Assembly: GCF_000008665.1 (NCBI RefSeq)
Contig: NC_000917.1
Location: 30,001-62,000, forward strand
Origin: Archaeoglobus fulgidus DSM 4304
Lineage (GTDB): Archaea > Halobacteriota > Archaeoglobi > Archaeoglobales > Archaeoglobaceae
Reading direction: 5' to 3'
Length of the DNA stretch: 32,000 nt
Positions 1-9,389 of this stretch are shown here, piece by piece (position 1 is the stretch's first letter; every line of letters begins with the position of its first letter). Below the pieces are notes generated by a model. That model saw only the letters and a program-made list of their open reading frames with translations, was not told where the DNA came from and ran no database searches. The position numbers and the translations under genes were made by a program.

Positions 1-25
1 AGTACCTCGGAAAGCTTGGACTGAC

Positions 26-33
26 AAAAAAAA
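26..33. repeat. A8 homopolymer at the frame junction of the TrmB-like gene
   Basis: Counted directly: c25 then a26-a33 then g34. Frame 3 upstream reads YLGKLGLTKKRV*. Frame 1 downstream reads ..KKESEIYVALLSSGPKTGMELSKLTG. Confidence 0.9.
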
Positions 34-81
34 GAGTCTGAAATTTATGTCGCCCTCCTCAGCTCCGGGCCAAAGACGGGG

Positions 82-732
82 ATGGAGCTGTCCAAATTAA
101 CCGGTGACCCTGCACCCTTCGTCTACAGAGTTTTGAAGAGGCTTGAGGGTAAGAAAGTGGTTTTCAGGATATCTGAGAGCCCAATGATATTCAAAGCCTA
201 TCCTCTCGACATCGTTTTATCTTCTCTGATCCACGAGAGGGAGAAAGAGCTAAAAATGCTGTCATCGACCAAAGATACTATTATCAAGCTCTATGAAACC
301 AGCCTGATGAGAAATCAGGGTGAGAAGGGGCTCGACTTCATTGTGGTAAACGGCATCACGGACACAATAAATCTGATTGGGGACATGATAGACAGGGCGG
401 AGTGGGAGGTCAAGAACATGGTCGGAGTTGAGGGGGTTGAGAGAATTAAGTACTGGCATATCATCGAGTACGAAAGGGCGATTTCGAGAGGTGTTAGCGT
501 GAAGCTGATAACATCCATGGACTCCGCAAGCATACCCTCTGAAATAACCGAGATTGCCGAGGTGAAGTACTTGAAGATACCGATGAACGCCCGCTTCGTC
601 ATTTCTGACGATAAAGAAATACTGATTATCACAACAGATGAGGAAAGAGACATGGTATCGATATACTCAAAAAACAGAGGTCTTGTGAAGACTCTCAACG
701 AAATTTACGAGTACATCTGGGCATCAATCTGA
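82..732 (+). CDS. TrmB-family transcriptional regulator (ORF-track part; the winged-HTH N-terminus continues upstream in another frame and off the window)
   Basis: DPAPFVYRVLKRLEGKKVV resembles the recognition helix and wing of TrmB-type wHTH proteins. The C-terminal half resembles a TrmB effector-like domain. Upstream sequence in frames 3 and 1 spells LGLTKK/ESEIYVALLSSGPKTG, the typical TrmB helices 1-2. Confidence 0.65.
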   Translation: MELSKLTGDPAPFVYRVLKRLEGKKVVFRISESPMIFKAYPLDIVLSSLIHEREKELKMLSSTKDTIIKLYETSLMRNQGEKGLDFIVVNGITDTINLIGDMIDRAEWEVKNMVGVEGVERIKYWHIIEYERAISRGVSVKLITSMDSASIPSEITEIAEVKYLKIPMNARFVISDDKEILIITTDEERDMVSIYSKNRGLVKTLNEIYEYIWASI

Positions 733-811
733 TTTTTCATAACTTCTCAGGGACTCTGCCGGGAATTCACAAAATTTATTAGGATAAATGTACACTACTT
801 GTGGTGAGAGC

Positions 812-2209
<1,398 letters not shown>

Positions 2210-2227
2210 TTAAGGCAGATGCAGAAC

Positions 2228-2235
2228 TTAAAAAA
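2228..2235 (-). promoter_or_regulatory. Putative TATA box (TTTTTTAA on the minus strand) for SepCysS
   Basis: Lies in the 31-nt gap between the Mth938-like stop and the SepCysS ATG (2206). Its proximal edge is 22 nt from the start codon. Confidence 0.3.
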
Positions 2236-2237
2236 GT

Positions 2238-2582
2238 TTAGCATGTCAGATGAGCTGCGAGAACAACTCTCCTACCGGCTTTGAGCAGTTTGTTGTAGCG
2301 CTTTACGGCTTCATCAGTTCTCTCCACTATAACCTCCGCTCCCAGATTTCTCAGCTTCTCTATCACCGCATCATCCACCACAACCCTCCCGCTGGCTCCC
2401 GTGCCGAAGACTACAACCTCCGGCCTGAGGTCAAAGACCTCTTCAATGTCTTCCAGAAAAACTCTGTGCCCCTCCTTTCTCCACCAGTTCGGCTTGAGAA
2501 AATCCGGCCCAACAATGACGTCGGAAGTGTAATCCCTGCCACCAATTCTGATACGGCCAAAGGAGTAGTGTTCAACCTCCAT
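2238..2582 (-). CDS. Mth938-domain (DUF498) protein
   Basis: 114 aa. FGRIRIGGRDYTSDVIV...VVVFGTGASGR...V matches the Mth938-like family pattern as I remember it. Co-directional with SepCysS. Confidence 0.6.
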   Translation of the reverse strand: MEVEHYSFGRIRIGGRDYTSDVIVGPDFLKPNWWRKEGHRVFLEDIEEVFDLRPEVVVFGTGASGRVVVDDAVIEKLRNLGAEVIVERTDEAVKRYNKLLKAGRRVVLAAHLTC

Positions 2583-2584
2583 GA

Positions 2585-3073
2585 GATAAGGTTTTCCGTT
2601 ACGGAATTTCTTCCTTACTCCTGATCTTTGCTGTCTGTTATACTGTTATTTTCGATGACGGAAGAGTAACATCCTACGATGCTCTGCAGATTCTCCAGTT
2701 TGCTGTTGGCGTCAAAGATCCACTTTTTGTTCAGATATACGCTGTTGTTCACGAGCTCAAAGTCGGAGATGTTCTCAAGGATGAAAGACTGAACTGGTAT
2801 ATACTGAAGGAGAGCGGAGAAACGCTAAGGGTTGGAGTTGAAATTGCCGACGGGAAAGTTAAGGATATTCGCAAAGGTGAGCTGATCAATCCATCAATGA
2901 ACGTTTATTCAGACGAGGGCACAGTGAGAGATTTGCTAAGCAAAAAGGACCCGAAGCTCCTGAAAGAATATATAGACAGTGGAAAAATCAGGATCGAAGG
3001 GGTGGGCATAGGCAACCAGATAAAAATAGCTCTTGCCAAGATTTTCGGAATTTTATCCGATTTCTATTTTTAA
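2585..3073 (+). CDS. SCP2-like small membrane-anchored protein with no canonical start codon (possible frameshifted gene)
   Basis: I translated frame 2 by hand. It is open for 162 codons from the TGA at 2582-2584 to the TAA at 3071-3073. It reads DKVFRYGISSLLLIFAVCYTVIFDDG...NPSMNVYSDEGTVRDLLSKKDPKLLKEYIDSGKIRIEGVGIGNQIKIALAKIF. The C-terminal part resembles the SCP2 sterol-carrier motif (GKLkieGd..a.kl). The first in-frame ATG/GTG/TTG is ATG 2897. Confidence 0.4.
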   Translation, partial: DKVFRYGISSLLLIFAVCYTVIFDDGRVTSYDALQILQFAVGVKDPLFVQIYAVVHELKVGDVLKDERLNWYILKESGETLRVGVEIADGKVKDIRKGELINPSMNVYSDEGTVRDLLSKKDPKLLKEYIDSGKIRIEGVGIGNQIKIALAKIFGILSDFYF

Positions 3074-3136
3074 GTTCACCAATATATAAAAGCCTTAAAA
3101 CGTTAAAGTTTACAAGTCCGCCAAGTACGTAAAGCA

Positions 3137-4156
3137 ATGCGCCTCAAGGATGTCTTCGTATCAGAGCTAGCAAGAAGAGGGGTCAGCAGAGTTGGGACGA
3201 GGCTCAAGAAGGTAATGTCTTCACCCGACCCCATCGCCAGAATGGCTCTCTACGTGGCTAACGGCAAGGCGGATGTTTGCAAAAGCGACGGTGGGCTGCA
3301 GCACTCCTTTACGCTCGATGGACAGTTCGTTGATTTGCCTCCGAACGCATACGTCGGGAAATGCCGCTCTGATATTTTGCTGACGAGGGATGAGCTTACG
3401 AAGCACCCCTTTCCCTACGTGGTGGTGGACTGCAGGTTTTTTGATGAGCACTCTGAAAAGGAAAGGTGGAAGATAGAGCTACAGGTGAAGCAGACTCTCG
3501 GCATTGTCAGGGAATACATGTGGGATGAGAAGCTGGTAGTGACCTACCGGAACGTTGGGTTTGGGAAATATTATCCCTCAACCGAGGAGTTTCTGAGGGA
3601 GAAGGGGATTGAGAGGGTCGTGCTGCTTGATCCAAACGGGGATGAGCTTTACAGAAGGACGGGGGCGGAGTGCTTCATTATCGGAGGGATAGTGGACAAG
3701 TCGGGGACGAAGAGGGGGTACACGAGCAGAATTGGGAGGGCGCTTGAGAGGGAGGGCGTGGAGGTTGATTACCGCAGAATTGAGCTCAGGGGGGATACCG
3801 TTGGCGTGCCTGACAGAATAAACCACATAGCGGAGATTCTGCTGAGGGTTGAACTGGATGGAGAGGACGTGGAAAGTGCGATAAAAGCTGTGCAGCCACC
3901 GCTCGTGGCGAAGTGGAGGCTTAGAAAAGAGCTGCACGAGAAGACGGTCAGGGTGTGTGTGGGAGAAAGGGTGGTCAGGGTTGTTGAAAAAGGCGCCTTC
4001 GATGAGTTCAGGGAGTGGCTCAACATAACCATGAGGGACTTTTACGATGTCTGCAGGGAGCAGAAGTTCTTTGTCGTGTCGGAGAAGGTTATGGGCAGGA
4101 TAAAGGCTTCGGAGTGGGATGAAAGAAGGAGGTGTTTCAGGCTAAACCATAACTAA
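3137..4156 (+). CDS. Trm10-family SPOUT tRNA (m1G9/m1A9) methyltransferase, putative
   Basis: 339 aa. ...VVLLDPNGDEL....CFIIGGIVDKSGTKRGYT....VPDRINHIAEILL parallels the Trm10 SPOUT core (yIIGGlVDh..KG.t...vltvNhVfEIL). The size matches archaeal Trm10 with extra N- and C-terminal domains. Confidence 0.55.
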   Translation: MRLKDVFVSELARRGVSRVGTRLKKVMSSPDPIARMALYVANGKADVCKSDGGLQHSFTLDGQFVDLPPNAYVGKCRSDILLTRDELTKHPFPYVVVDCRFFDEHSEKERWKIELQVKQTLGIVREYMWDEKLVVTYRNVGFGKYYPSTEEFLREKGIERVVLLDPNGDELYRRTGAECFIIGGIVDKSGTKRGYTSRIGRALEREGVEVDYRRIELRGDTVGVPDRINHIAEILLRVELDGEDVESAIKAVQPPLVAKWRLRKELHEKTVRVCVGERVVRVVEKGAFDEFREWLNITMRDFYDVCREQKFFVVSEKVMGRIKASEWDERRRCFRLNHN

Positions 4157-4695
4157 GAGAGACCGAGCTCATCCTTTACCTCCGTCAGCCCCCTTATTGC
4201 GACTTCGTACAGCTTTTCCAGTGGCATTCCGAGCTTTTCTATCATTCTGATTCTGTCCCTGTCGCATCCAGCAGCAAAGCTCTTCTCCTTGAACTTCTTC
4301 TTGACCGTTTTTGGCGTCACCTCTGTTATCTTTCCGCCCTTCACCAGAGCGCATGCTATAACCAAACCGGATACGCTGTCCGCTGCCTGCAGGGCTATCT
4401 CCACGGGCTTCTCGTAATCGCCAAAGAGCATGTGGTTGTGCCTTTTAACCACTTCAGCAATCTCCTCTTCCACACCTTCCTTCAGCAGAATCTCAGCCCC
4501 AACCAAACCGTGCTTCTCCATATCCCCCTGAGTCTGCTCGTAGTCGATGTCGTGGAGAATGCCGATTGTCCACCATTTCTCCTCATCCTCTCCAAGCTCC
4601 CTCGCAAGGGATTTCATGACCGCCGCCGTTGCGATGCAGTGCTTGATCAGCTTTTCATCCCTAACATACTTTTTTAGAAGTTCGAGGGGTTCCAT
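4153..4695 (-). CDS. HD-domain phosphohydrolase superfamily protein
   Basis: MEPLELLKKYV...HCIATAAVM...GILHDIDYE... carries the H...HD metal motif. The start is taken at the ATG at 4695-4693. The 61-codon upstream extension in the ORF track looks non-coding. Confidence 0.7.
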   Translation of the reverse strand: MEPLELLKKYVRDEKLIKHCIATAAVMKSLARELGEDEEKWWTIGILHDIDYEQTQGDMEKHGLVGAEILLKEGVEEEIAEVVKRHNHMLFGDYEKPVEIALQAADSVSGLVIACALVKGGKITEVTPKTVKKKFKEKSFAAGCDRDRIRMIEKLGMPLEKLYEVAIRGLTEVKDELGLS

Positions 4696-4926
4696 GCTTG
4701 TGATTTGAGGGTTGACTTTTTTGCTTTTTCCCCACTTTCGGGTGTTTGATGGATTAACCCAAATCAACGTTTGTCCCAGAAGTATTTTCGCGAATCGGTT
4801 ACAACTGAATTGCACCAAACATTGGCTATCATTCAAACGAGTTGAAACTAAACTCATCAATGCTATCAAAAAAGGCAAATCTTAAATAAAATCATGCTAA
4901 AAATGAAAAATAATGGAGGTGGTTGC

Positions 4927-6297
4927 TTGGCTTACATAAGCGATTGCAGCGTTTATCTGCCGGTATGGAAGCTCAAAAGGGATGAGATATCGAAGGAGAC
5001 GGGAATGCCCTCGATGGGGGGTGAAAGGGCGGTAGCGCACTGGGACGAGGATAGCATAACAATGGCGGTTGAAGCGGCAAGGAAGTTTGATGGGGCGTTT
5101 GATGCAGTCATATTCGCCTCCTCCTCTCCACCATTCAGAATCAAGCAGTGTGCGAGCTTCATCGCCTCAGCCCTCGATTTGCCCGATAGCACCTTCACGA
5201 TGGACATAACTGACACAATGAGGGCTGCAACCGATGCTCTTATCACAGCCAACGAGTTTGTTGATTCCGGAAGGTTCAGCAGAGTTCTGGTTGTTGCTGG
5301 CGATAAAATTCCTACAAAGCCCGGCACACTCTACGAGCAGCTTTACGGAGATGCTGCTGCAGCGGTTGTGGTTGAGAAGGAGGGCGGGGCGAAAATTCTG
5401 GGCTACAGCACCTCAACCAAACCCCTTCCAGGTTCGTGGATGCTTGCAGATGACGATACAGTCAGGGACTACGACATGAGGGTTGATGCGAGGTATGGCT
5501 ATGCAGCGAGCGTTCAGAAGGCTGCGATGCCCCTCTTTGCCAAACTTGGGTTAAGTCCAGCGGACATTGACAGGATTGTGGCTTCTGCTCCTGACCCAAA
5601 AAGCTATCAGGGATTGCTGAAGGCAGTTGGGGCAAGGCCTGAGGAATTCTACTTCGACAGCGTTGGAATTGCCGGCTCAGCTCACCCCTTACTTCTGCTG
5701 GCCACACAGCTTGAGAGGGAGGGAAGAATTCTGCTTGGGGGCTACGGAGAGGGAGCTGATGTCATAGCTGTAGAGATTGAGCAGGCGATGGACAGCAACA
5801 TGGGCAGGATGCTTGAAAGCAGGAAGGAAATCAGCTATGGAGATTATCTCTTCAACAGGGGGTTTGTTGGTGTAAGAGATGCTCCTGACCGCCCCTCGCT
5901 GACGAAGTTCTGGAGGGATGAGAAGTCCATTATCCGCTTTTACGGGATGAAGTGCAAAAGTTGCGGGACAGTTAGCTACCCCATCTCAAGATGCTGCATC
6001 GAGTGCGGGGCGAAGGATAACTATGAAGAAGTGAGGCTTGGAGAGAGGGGCAAAATCTACACCTTCACCATCGACTATCTCGTCATGCCCGGCAACTATG
6101 CGGGAGATGGAGTGCACCCCCACTTCATTGCGGTGGTTGACCTCGACGGAGGGGGGAGAGTGCTGTTTGAGCTCACCGACACGCTGAGGGATTTCAGCGG
6201 TGTTGAATGTGATGCAGAGGTGGAGAGAACCTTCAGACTGCTGTTTGAGAAGAACAGGTTCAGATACTACGGCTGGAAGGCCCGCCTGCCGAGGTGA
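4927..6297 (+). CDS. HMG-CoA-synthase-fold domain (catalytic triad apparently lost) fused to a DUF35 zinc-ribbon/OB-fold domain
   Basis: The N-terminal ~330 aa align by eye to archaeal HMGCS (DEDSITMAVEAARKF, YGDAAAAVVVE, GYGEGAD). The C-terminal part has CKSCGTVSYPISRCCIECG plus an OB-like region typical of DUF35. GGAGGTGG precedes TTG 4927. ATG 4894 or ATG 4903 are alternative starts. Confidence 0.75.
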   Translation: MAYISDCSVYLPVWKLKRDEISKETGMPSMGGERAVAHWDEDSITMAVEAARKFDGAFDAVIFASSSPPFRIKQCASFIASALDLPDSTFTMDITDTMRAATDALITANEFVDSGRFSRVLVVAGDKIPTKPGTLYEQLYGDAAAAVVVEKEGGAKILGYSTSTKPLPGSWMLADDDTVRDYDMRVDARYGYAASVQKAAMPLFAKLGLSPADIDRIVASAPDPKSYQGLLKAVGARPEEFYFDSVGIAGSAHPLLLLATQLEREGRILLGGYGEGADVIAVEIEQAMDSNMGRMLESRKEISYGDYLFNRGFVGVRDAPDRPSLTKFWRDEKSIIRFYGMKCKSCGTVSYPISRCCIECGAKDNYEEVRLGERGKIYTFTIDYLVMPGNYAGDGVHPHFIAVVDLDGGGRVLFELTDTLRDFSGVECDAEVERTFRLLFEKNRFRYYGWKARLPR

Positions 6298-6301
6298 TAT
6301 C

Positions 6302-7453
6302 ATGAGAGAGGTTGCGGTTATAGGTTGTGGTGTTACGAAGTTCGGGCACCACTGGGAGAAAGACCACGAGGATTTGCTGGTTGAGGCAACGTATGAGGCT
6401 ATAGCAGATGCAAATGTCGAGCTTAAGGATGTTGAGGCTGTTTGGTGCGGAACCTTCTACCCCTCAACCGGAATAAGCGGAAACGTCTTCAGCGACACGC
6501 TGAAGTTCTTCGGCAAGCCGATAAGCAGAGTTGAGAACTACTGCGCAACGGGAATGGACAACATCAGAAATGCCGCCTTTGCCGTTGCGAGCGGGGCTTA
6601 CGATTTGGTTATTGCTGCTGGGGTTGAGAAGCTGATGGATGCTGGAAGCAGGGGACTGCCGCCAATAGAGGGAATTTTCAGCGTTGCGATGCCCTACGTC
6701 AGCGCTCCGGCAATGTTCGCAATGGCGGCAAACAGGGCCTTCAAGGAGTGGGGATGGACAAGGGAAGATCTGGCAATGGTTGCGGTGAAGAACCACTACA
6801 ATGGAGCGAGGCATCCCAAGGCACACTTCAGAAGCGAGGTAACAGTGGAGAAGGTTCTGAAAGCCCCTATGGTTGCTTACCCGCTTGGCGTTTACGACTG
6901 CAGCGCTGTGAGCGATGGTGCTGCTGCCGTTGTCCTCACAAGGCCTGAGATAGCGAAGGAGATTGTTGGGGATGACTATGCTGTTATAAAGGCTGTGGGA
7001 ATGGCTGTGGAGACGATGCACCCTTGGCACCGCCCTTCGGAGAGCTTCCTGAGTTTTCCAGCGACGGTTAAGGCTGCGAAGATGGCTTACAAGATGGCGG
7101 GAATTGAGAATCCGAGAAAGGAGCTTGACTTCGGCATTGTCCACGACTGCTTCACAATAACGGAGCTAATCAACTATCAGGACATGCAGCTATGCAAGCC
7201 CGGAGAGGGGGCTGAGCTGATAAGAAACGGCGTTACGGCGATTGATGGCGACTTCCCCATCAACCCCGATGGGGGGCTCAAGTCCTTCGGCCACCCAATA
7301 GCTGCCAGCGGGGTGAGGATGGTTGCAGAGCTGACAAAGCAGGTTCTCGGCAAGGCTGAGGGGCTGCAGGTGAAGGATGCTGAGGCAGGCTTCGCCCACA
7401 ACCTCGGAGGGCCTTACTCAGTTGCCACCGTAGCGATAGTTTCGAGGCCCTAA
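6302..7453 (+). CDS. SCP-x-type thiolase (acetyl-CoA C-acyltransferase family)
   Basis: MREVAVIGCGVTKFG..., nucleophile context ENYCATG, and GHPIAASG near the C-terminus. GAGGTGA (6291-6297) lies 4 nt upstream of ATG 6302. The ORF-track start at 6200 overlaps the upstream gene and is unlikely. Confidence 0.85.
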   Translation: MREVAVIGCGVTKFGHHWEKDHEDLLVEATYEAIADANVELKDVEAVWCGTFYPSTGISGNVFSDTLKFFGKPISRVENYCATGMDNIRNAAFAVASGAYDLVIAAGVEKLMDAGSRGLPPIEGIFSVAMPYVSAPAMFAMAANRAFKEWGWTREDLAMVAVKNHYNGARHPKAHFRSEVTVEKVLKAPMVAYPLGVYDCSAVSDGAAAVVLTRPEIAKEIVGDDYAVIKAVGMAVETMHPWHRPSESFLSFPATVKAAKMAYKMAGIENPRKELDFGIVHDCFTITELINYQDMQLCKPGEGAELIRNGVTAIDGDFPINPDGGLKSFGHPIAASGVRMVAELTKQVLGKAEGLQVKDAEAGFAHNLGGPYSVATVAIVSRP

Positions 7454-8349
7454 ACCTTAAGGTATATTCTTACAATTTTTCCCCTTTCGCTTTCAACTGT
7501 AAAGGAGTCCGTTGAGGCTGGGACAAGGCAGGAGTAGCCGCGATGCAGGTCTGCAGTCTCCTTTCCCCTCAGGATGAAGTAGCCTTCAGCAGCATAAAGA
7601 ATGTTCATCACGCCCCCAGTCTTAATCTCCGCCGTACCTGTAACATCTACAACCTCCAGCCCGAAGTTCTCCGTCTCAGCCATCCCCTTCTTTCCCTTAA
7701 CCTCAAATTCCTCAACCTTTTTGGTGTTCAGAACCTTCTTGACCTTCTCCCAGTCGTTTTCGTTGAAAAAGTACGCAAGGGTGGAGTTTGATGAAACCTC
7801 AAGAACCCTCAGCCCCTCTCCAGCGTGGGGAATGCCGGGGCGGATGACGAAGGTGTCGTATGGTGTGGTTTCGAAGGTGTTCAGGAGCGTTTTGAAGTCA
7901 AAGTCCTCCTCTTTCAGCTTCTCCTCAAGCTCCTCAATTTTTACATCTTCCTTGAAGCCGGCGTAAGCTTTTCCCTTGTTGAAGACGAGCCATGCGGACT
8001 CTACTCCACCCTCCGCCTCTCCGAGACTCTCGGCTGCCTTGTCGGAGGGGTGAACGTGAACCTGAGTTGGGGAGGCAGCATCAATCAGCCTGACGAGGAT
8101 GGGGAACTTGCTGAACTTCTCAGCAGCCCTCCCCAGCAACTCATCCCTGTGTTTTGAGAAGAGCTCGATCATGCTCAGCTGCTGCCCCTTAACCAGAACC
8201 GTGGAGGGACGGGAAGTGTGGGCTGAAAACTCCCAAGATTCTCCAATGCCGCTCTGTCTGAAACCCTTAAGCAGCGCAATCCACTCCCCTCCCCACGGCC
8301 TCTCAACCAGATTCTCCTGAGCCTGAAAGATAAAACTCGGAAGCTCCAT
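7450..8349 (-). CDS. Type I phosphomannose isomerase-like cupin protein
   Basis: LVERPWGGEW...GESWEFSAH...ILVRLIDAASPTQVHVHPSD resembles the ManA/PMI type I signature. I recall a structural-genomics A. fulgidus protein of this type. Confidence 0.7.
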   Translation of the reverse strand: MELPSFIFQAQENLVERPWGGEWIALLKGFRQSGIGESWEFSAHTSRPSTVLVKGQQLSMIELFSKHRDELLGRAAEKFSKFPILVRLIDAASPTQVHVHPSDKAAESLGEAEGGVESAWLVFNKGKAYAGFKEDVKIEELEEKLKEEDFDFKTLLNTFETTPYDTFVIRPGIPHAGEGLRVLEVSSNSTLAYFFNENDWEKVKKVLNTKKVEEFEVKGKKGMAETENFGLEVVDVTGTAEIKTGGVMNILYAAEGYFILRGKETADLHRGYSCLVPASTDSFTVESERGKIVRIYLKV

Positions 8350-8368
8350 GAAGTCAGTTGTTAAAGGA

Positions 8369-8378
8369 ATATATAAAA
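8369..8378 (-). promoter_or_regulatory. Putative TATA box (TTTTATATAT on the minus strand) for the PMI-like gene
   Basis: Its proximal edge is 20 nt upstream of the ATG at 8349, which implies a leaderless mRNA. Confidence 0.4.
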
Positions 8379-8738
8379 CTTGTGGGATAAATACGCGTTC
8401 TCTCTCGGCCTTCTGTGAAAACAGGAGATTACCAGTGGGAATTTAGAAAAGAGAGTTGCTGAGATGATTAAAGTCCAAAGGGGGTATTGTTAACTCAAAA
8501 TCGGTGAGAGCAATCGTTCTTGGTATTGGCTAATATTTTGTCTTTCGATCCAGAATTTCCTCGATAAAAATTTCAAAAGAGAAAAATATTTTTCACTTCT
8601 GTTTCATCAAAATGACGTGAACTGACAAATCAGCATGCTTTATTTCTGTAAATTTTTATCTCACATCATTATTACCACAATAAGTATAACAACCATATGA
8701 TATAACACGATCGAAGATGCGAAGAGGGCTGAGAGGTT

Positions 8739-9389
8739 ATGGACTTCGATGAGAAAAGGAGGATCCTTGCAGAAAGGCTGAGGGACGAGCTAAACCTGAG
8801 CGAAAAAGTTTACAACGCAATAAAAAAAGTTCCGAGGCATCTCTTCGTTCCAGAACGCTATAGAACTATGGCTTACGTCGATACACCTTTGCCAATAGGC
8901 TATGGGCAGACGATAAGCGCTCCACACATGGTTGCGATCATGTGCGAACTCCTAGATCTGAGAGAAGGGGAAAGAGTTCTCGAAATTGGAACGGGTTGCG
9001 GTTATCATGCTGCTGTTACAGCTGAGATCGTTGGAAAAAGAGGACTCGTAGTTTCCGTGGAGAGAATTCCGGAGCTAGCGGAGATTGCGAAGAGGAATTT
9101 ATCCGCTCTTGGCTACGAGAACGTAGTAGTTATCGTTGGCGATGGCAGCCTGGGCTATGAACCGATGGCGCCATACGATAAGATATACGTCACAGCATCA
9201 GCGCCAGACATTCCGAAGCCGCTTTTAGAACAGCTCAAAATTGGTGGAAAAATGGTTATTCCAATCGGAGAAACTACTCAGTTTCTCTACGTTGTTGAAA
9301 GGGACAACGGGGTTCGAAAATGGAGCTGGGGGGCTGTTAGGTTCGTCCCGCTTTACGGAAAGTATGGCTTTAGACCTCTTGAGGAGTAG
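8739..9389 (+). CDS. pcm: Protein-L-isoaspartate O-methyltransferase
   Basis: VPRHLFVP...[10 protein letters not shown]...[14 protein letters not shown]...DKIYVTA are classic PIMT motifs. GAGAGGT lies upstream of the ATG. Confidence 0.9.
   Translation: MDFDEKRRILAERLRDELNLSEKVYNAIKKVPRHLFVPERYRTMAYVDTPLPIGYGQTISAPHMVAIMCELLDLREGERVLEIGTGCGYHAAVTAEIVGKRGLVVSVERIPELAEIAKRNLSALGYENVVVIVGDGSLGYEPMAPYDKIYVTASAPDIPKPLLEQLKIGGKMVIPIGETTQFLYVVERDNGVRKWSWGAVRFVPLYGKYGFRPLEE

Noticed and set aside
262-698. Antisense ORFs (262-459, 315-698) inside the TrmB-like gene. Analogous antisense or out-of-frame ORFs occur in nearly every long gene, for example 1205-1669, 1443-1730, 3578-3937, 4953-5327, 6464-7144, 7601-7966, 10476-10760, 10876-11521, 13520-13993, 16302-16752, 18814-19125, 23468-23752, 25760-26266 and 28487-28901.
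   Set aside because: They are fully nested in ORFs that have strong family signatures. They show low-complexity or Ser/Pro/Arg-rich shadow composition and no recognisable motifs.
4696-4878. 61-codon N-terminal extension of the HD-domain ORF.
   Set aside because: The extension (MPFLIALMSLVSTRLNDSQC...) has no homology-like features and runs into the promoter region of the divergent HMGCS-like gene. The HD family domain starts cleanly at MEPLELLKKY (ATG 4695).
6200-6301. Upstream extension of the thiolase ORF, overlapping the DUF35 domain.
   Set aside because: The overlapped segment is the well-conserved C-terminus of the DUF35 OB fold in another frame. An SD-like GAGGTGA precedes ATG 6302, and thiolases typically begin M(R/K)xVAIIG.
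8455-8640. Possible C/D-box sRNA in the long spacer (ATGATTA at about 8464, TGATGAA on the minus strand at about 8600, and several CTGA/TCAG motifs).
   Set aside because: I found no properly ordered C (RUGAUGA) ... D (CUGA) pair with terminal complementary stems at 50-70 nt spacing on either strand. The matches are imperfect and expected by chance in AT-rich DNA.
9241-9363. Upstream extension of the cobS ORF inside pcm.
   Set aside because: It overlaps the conserved C-terminus of PIMT. CobS-family proteins begin near the LxxLxFLTxLP motif, which starts right after Met at 9364.
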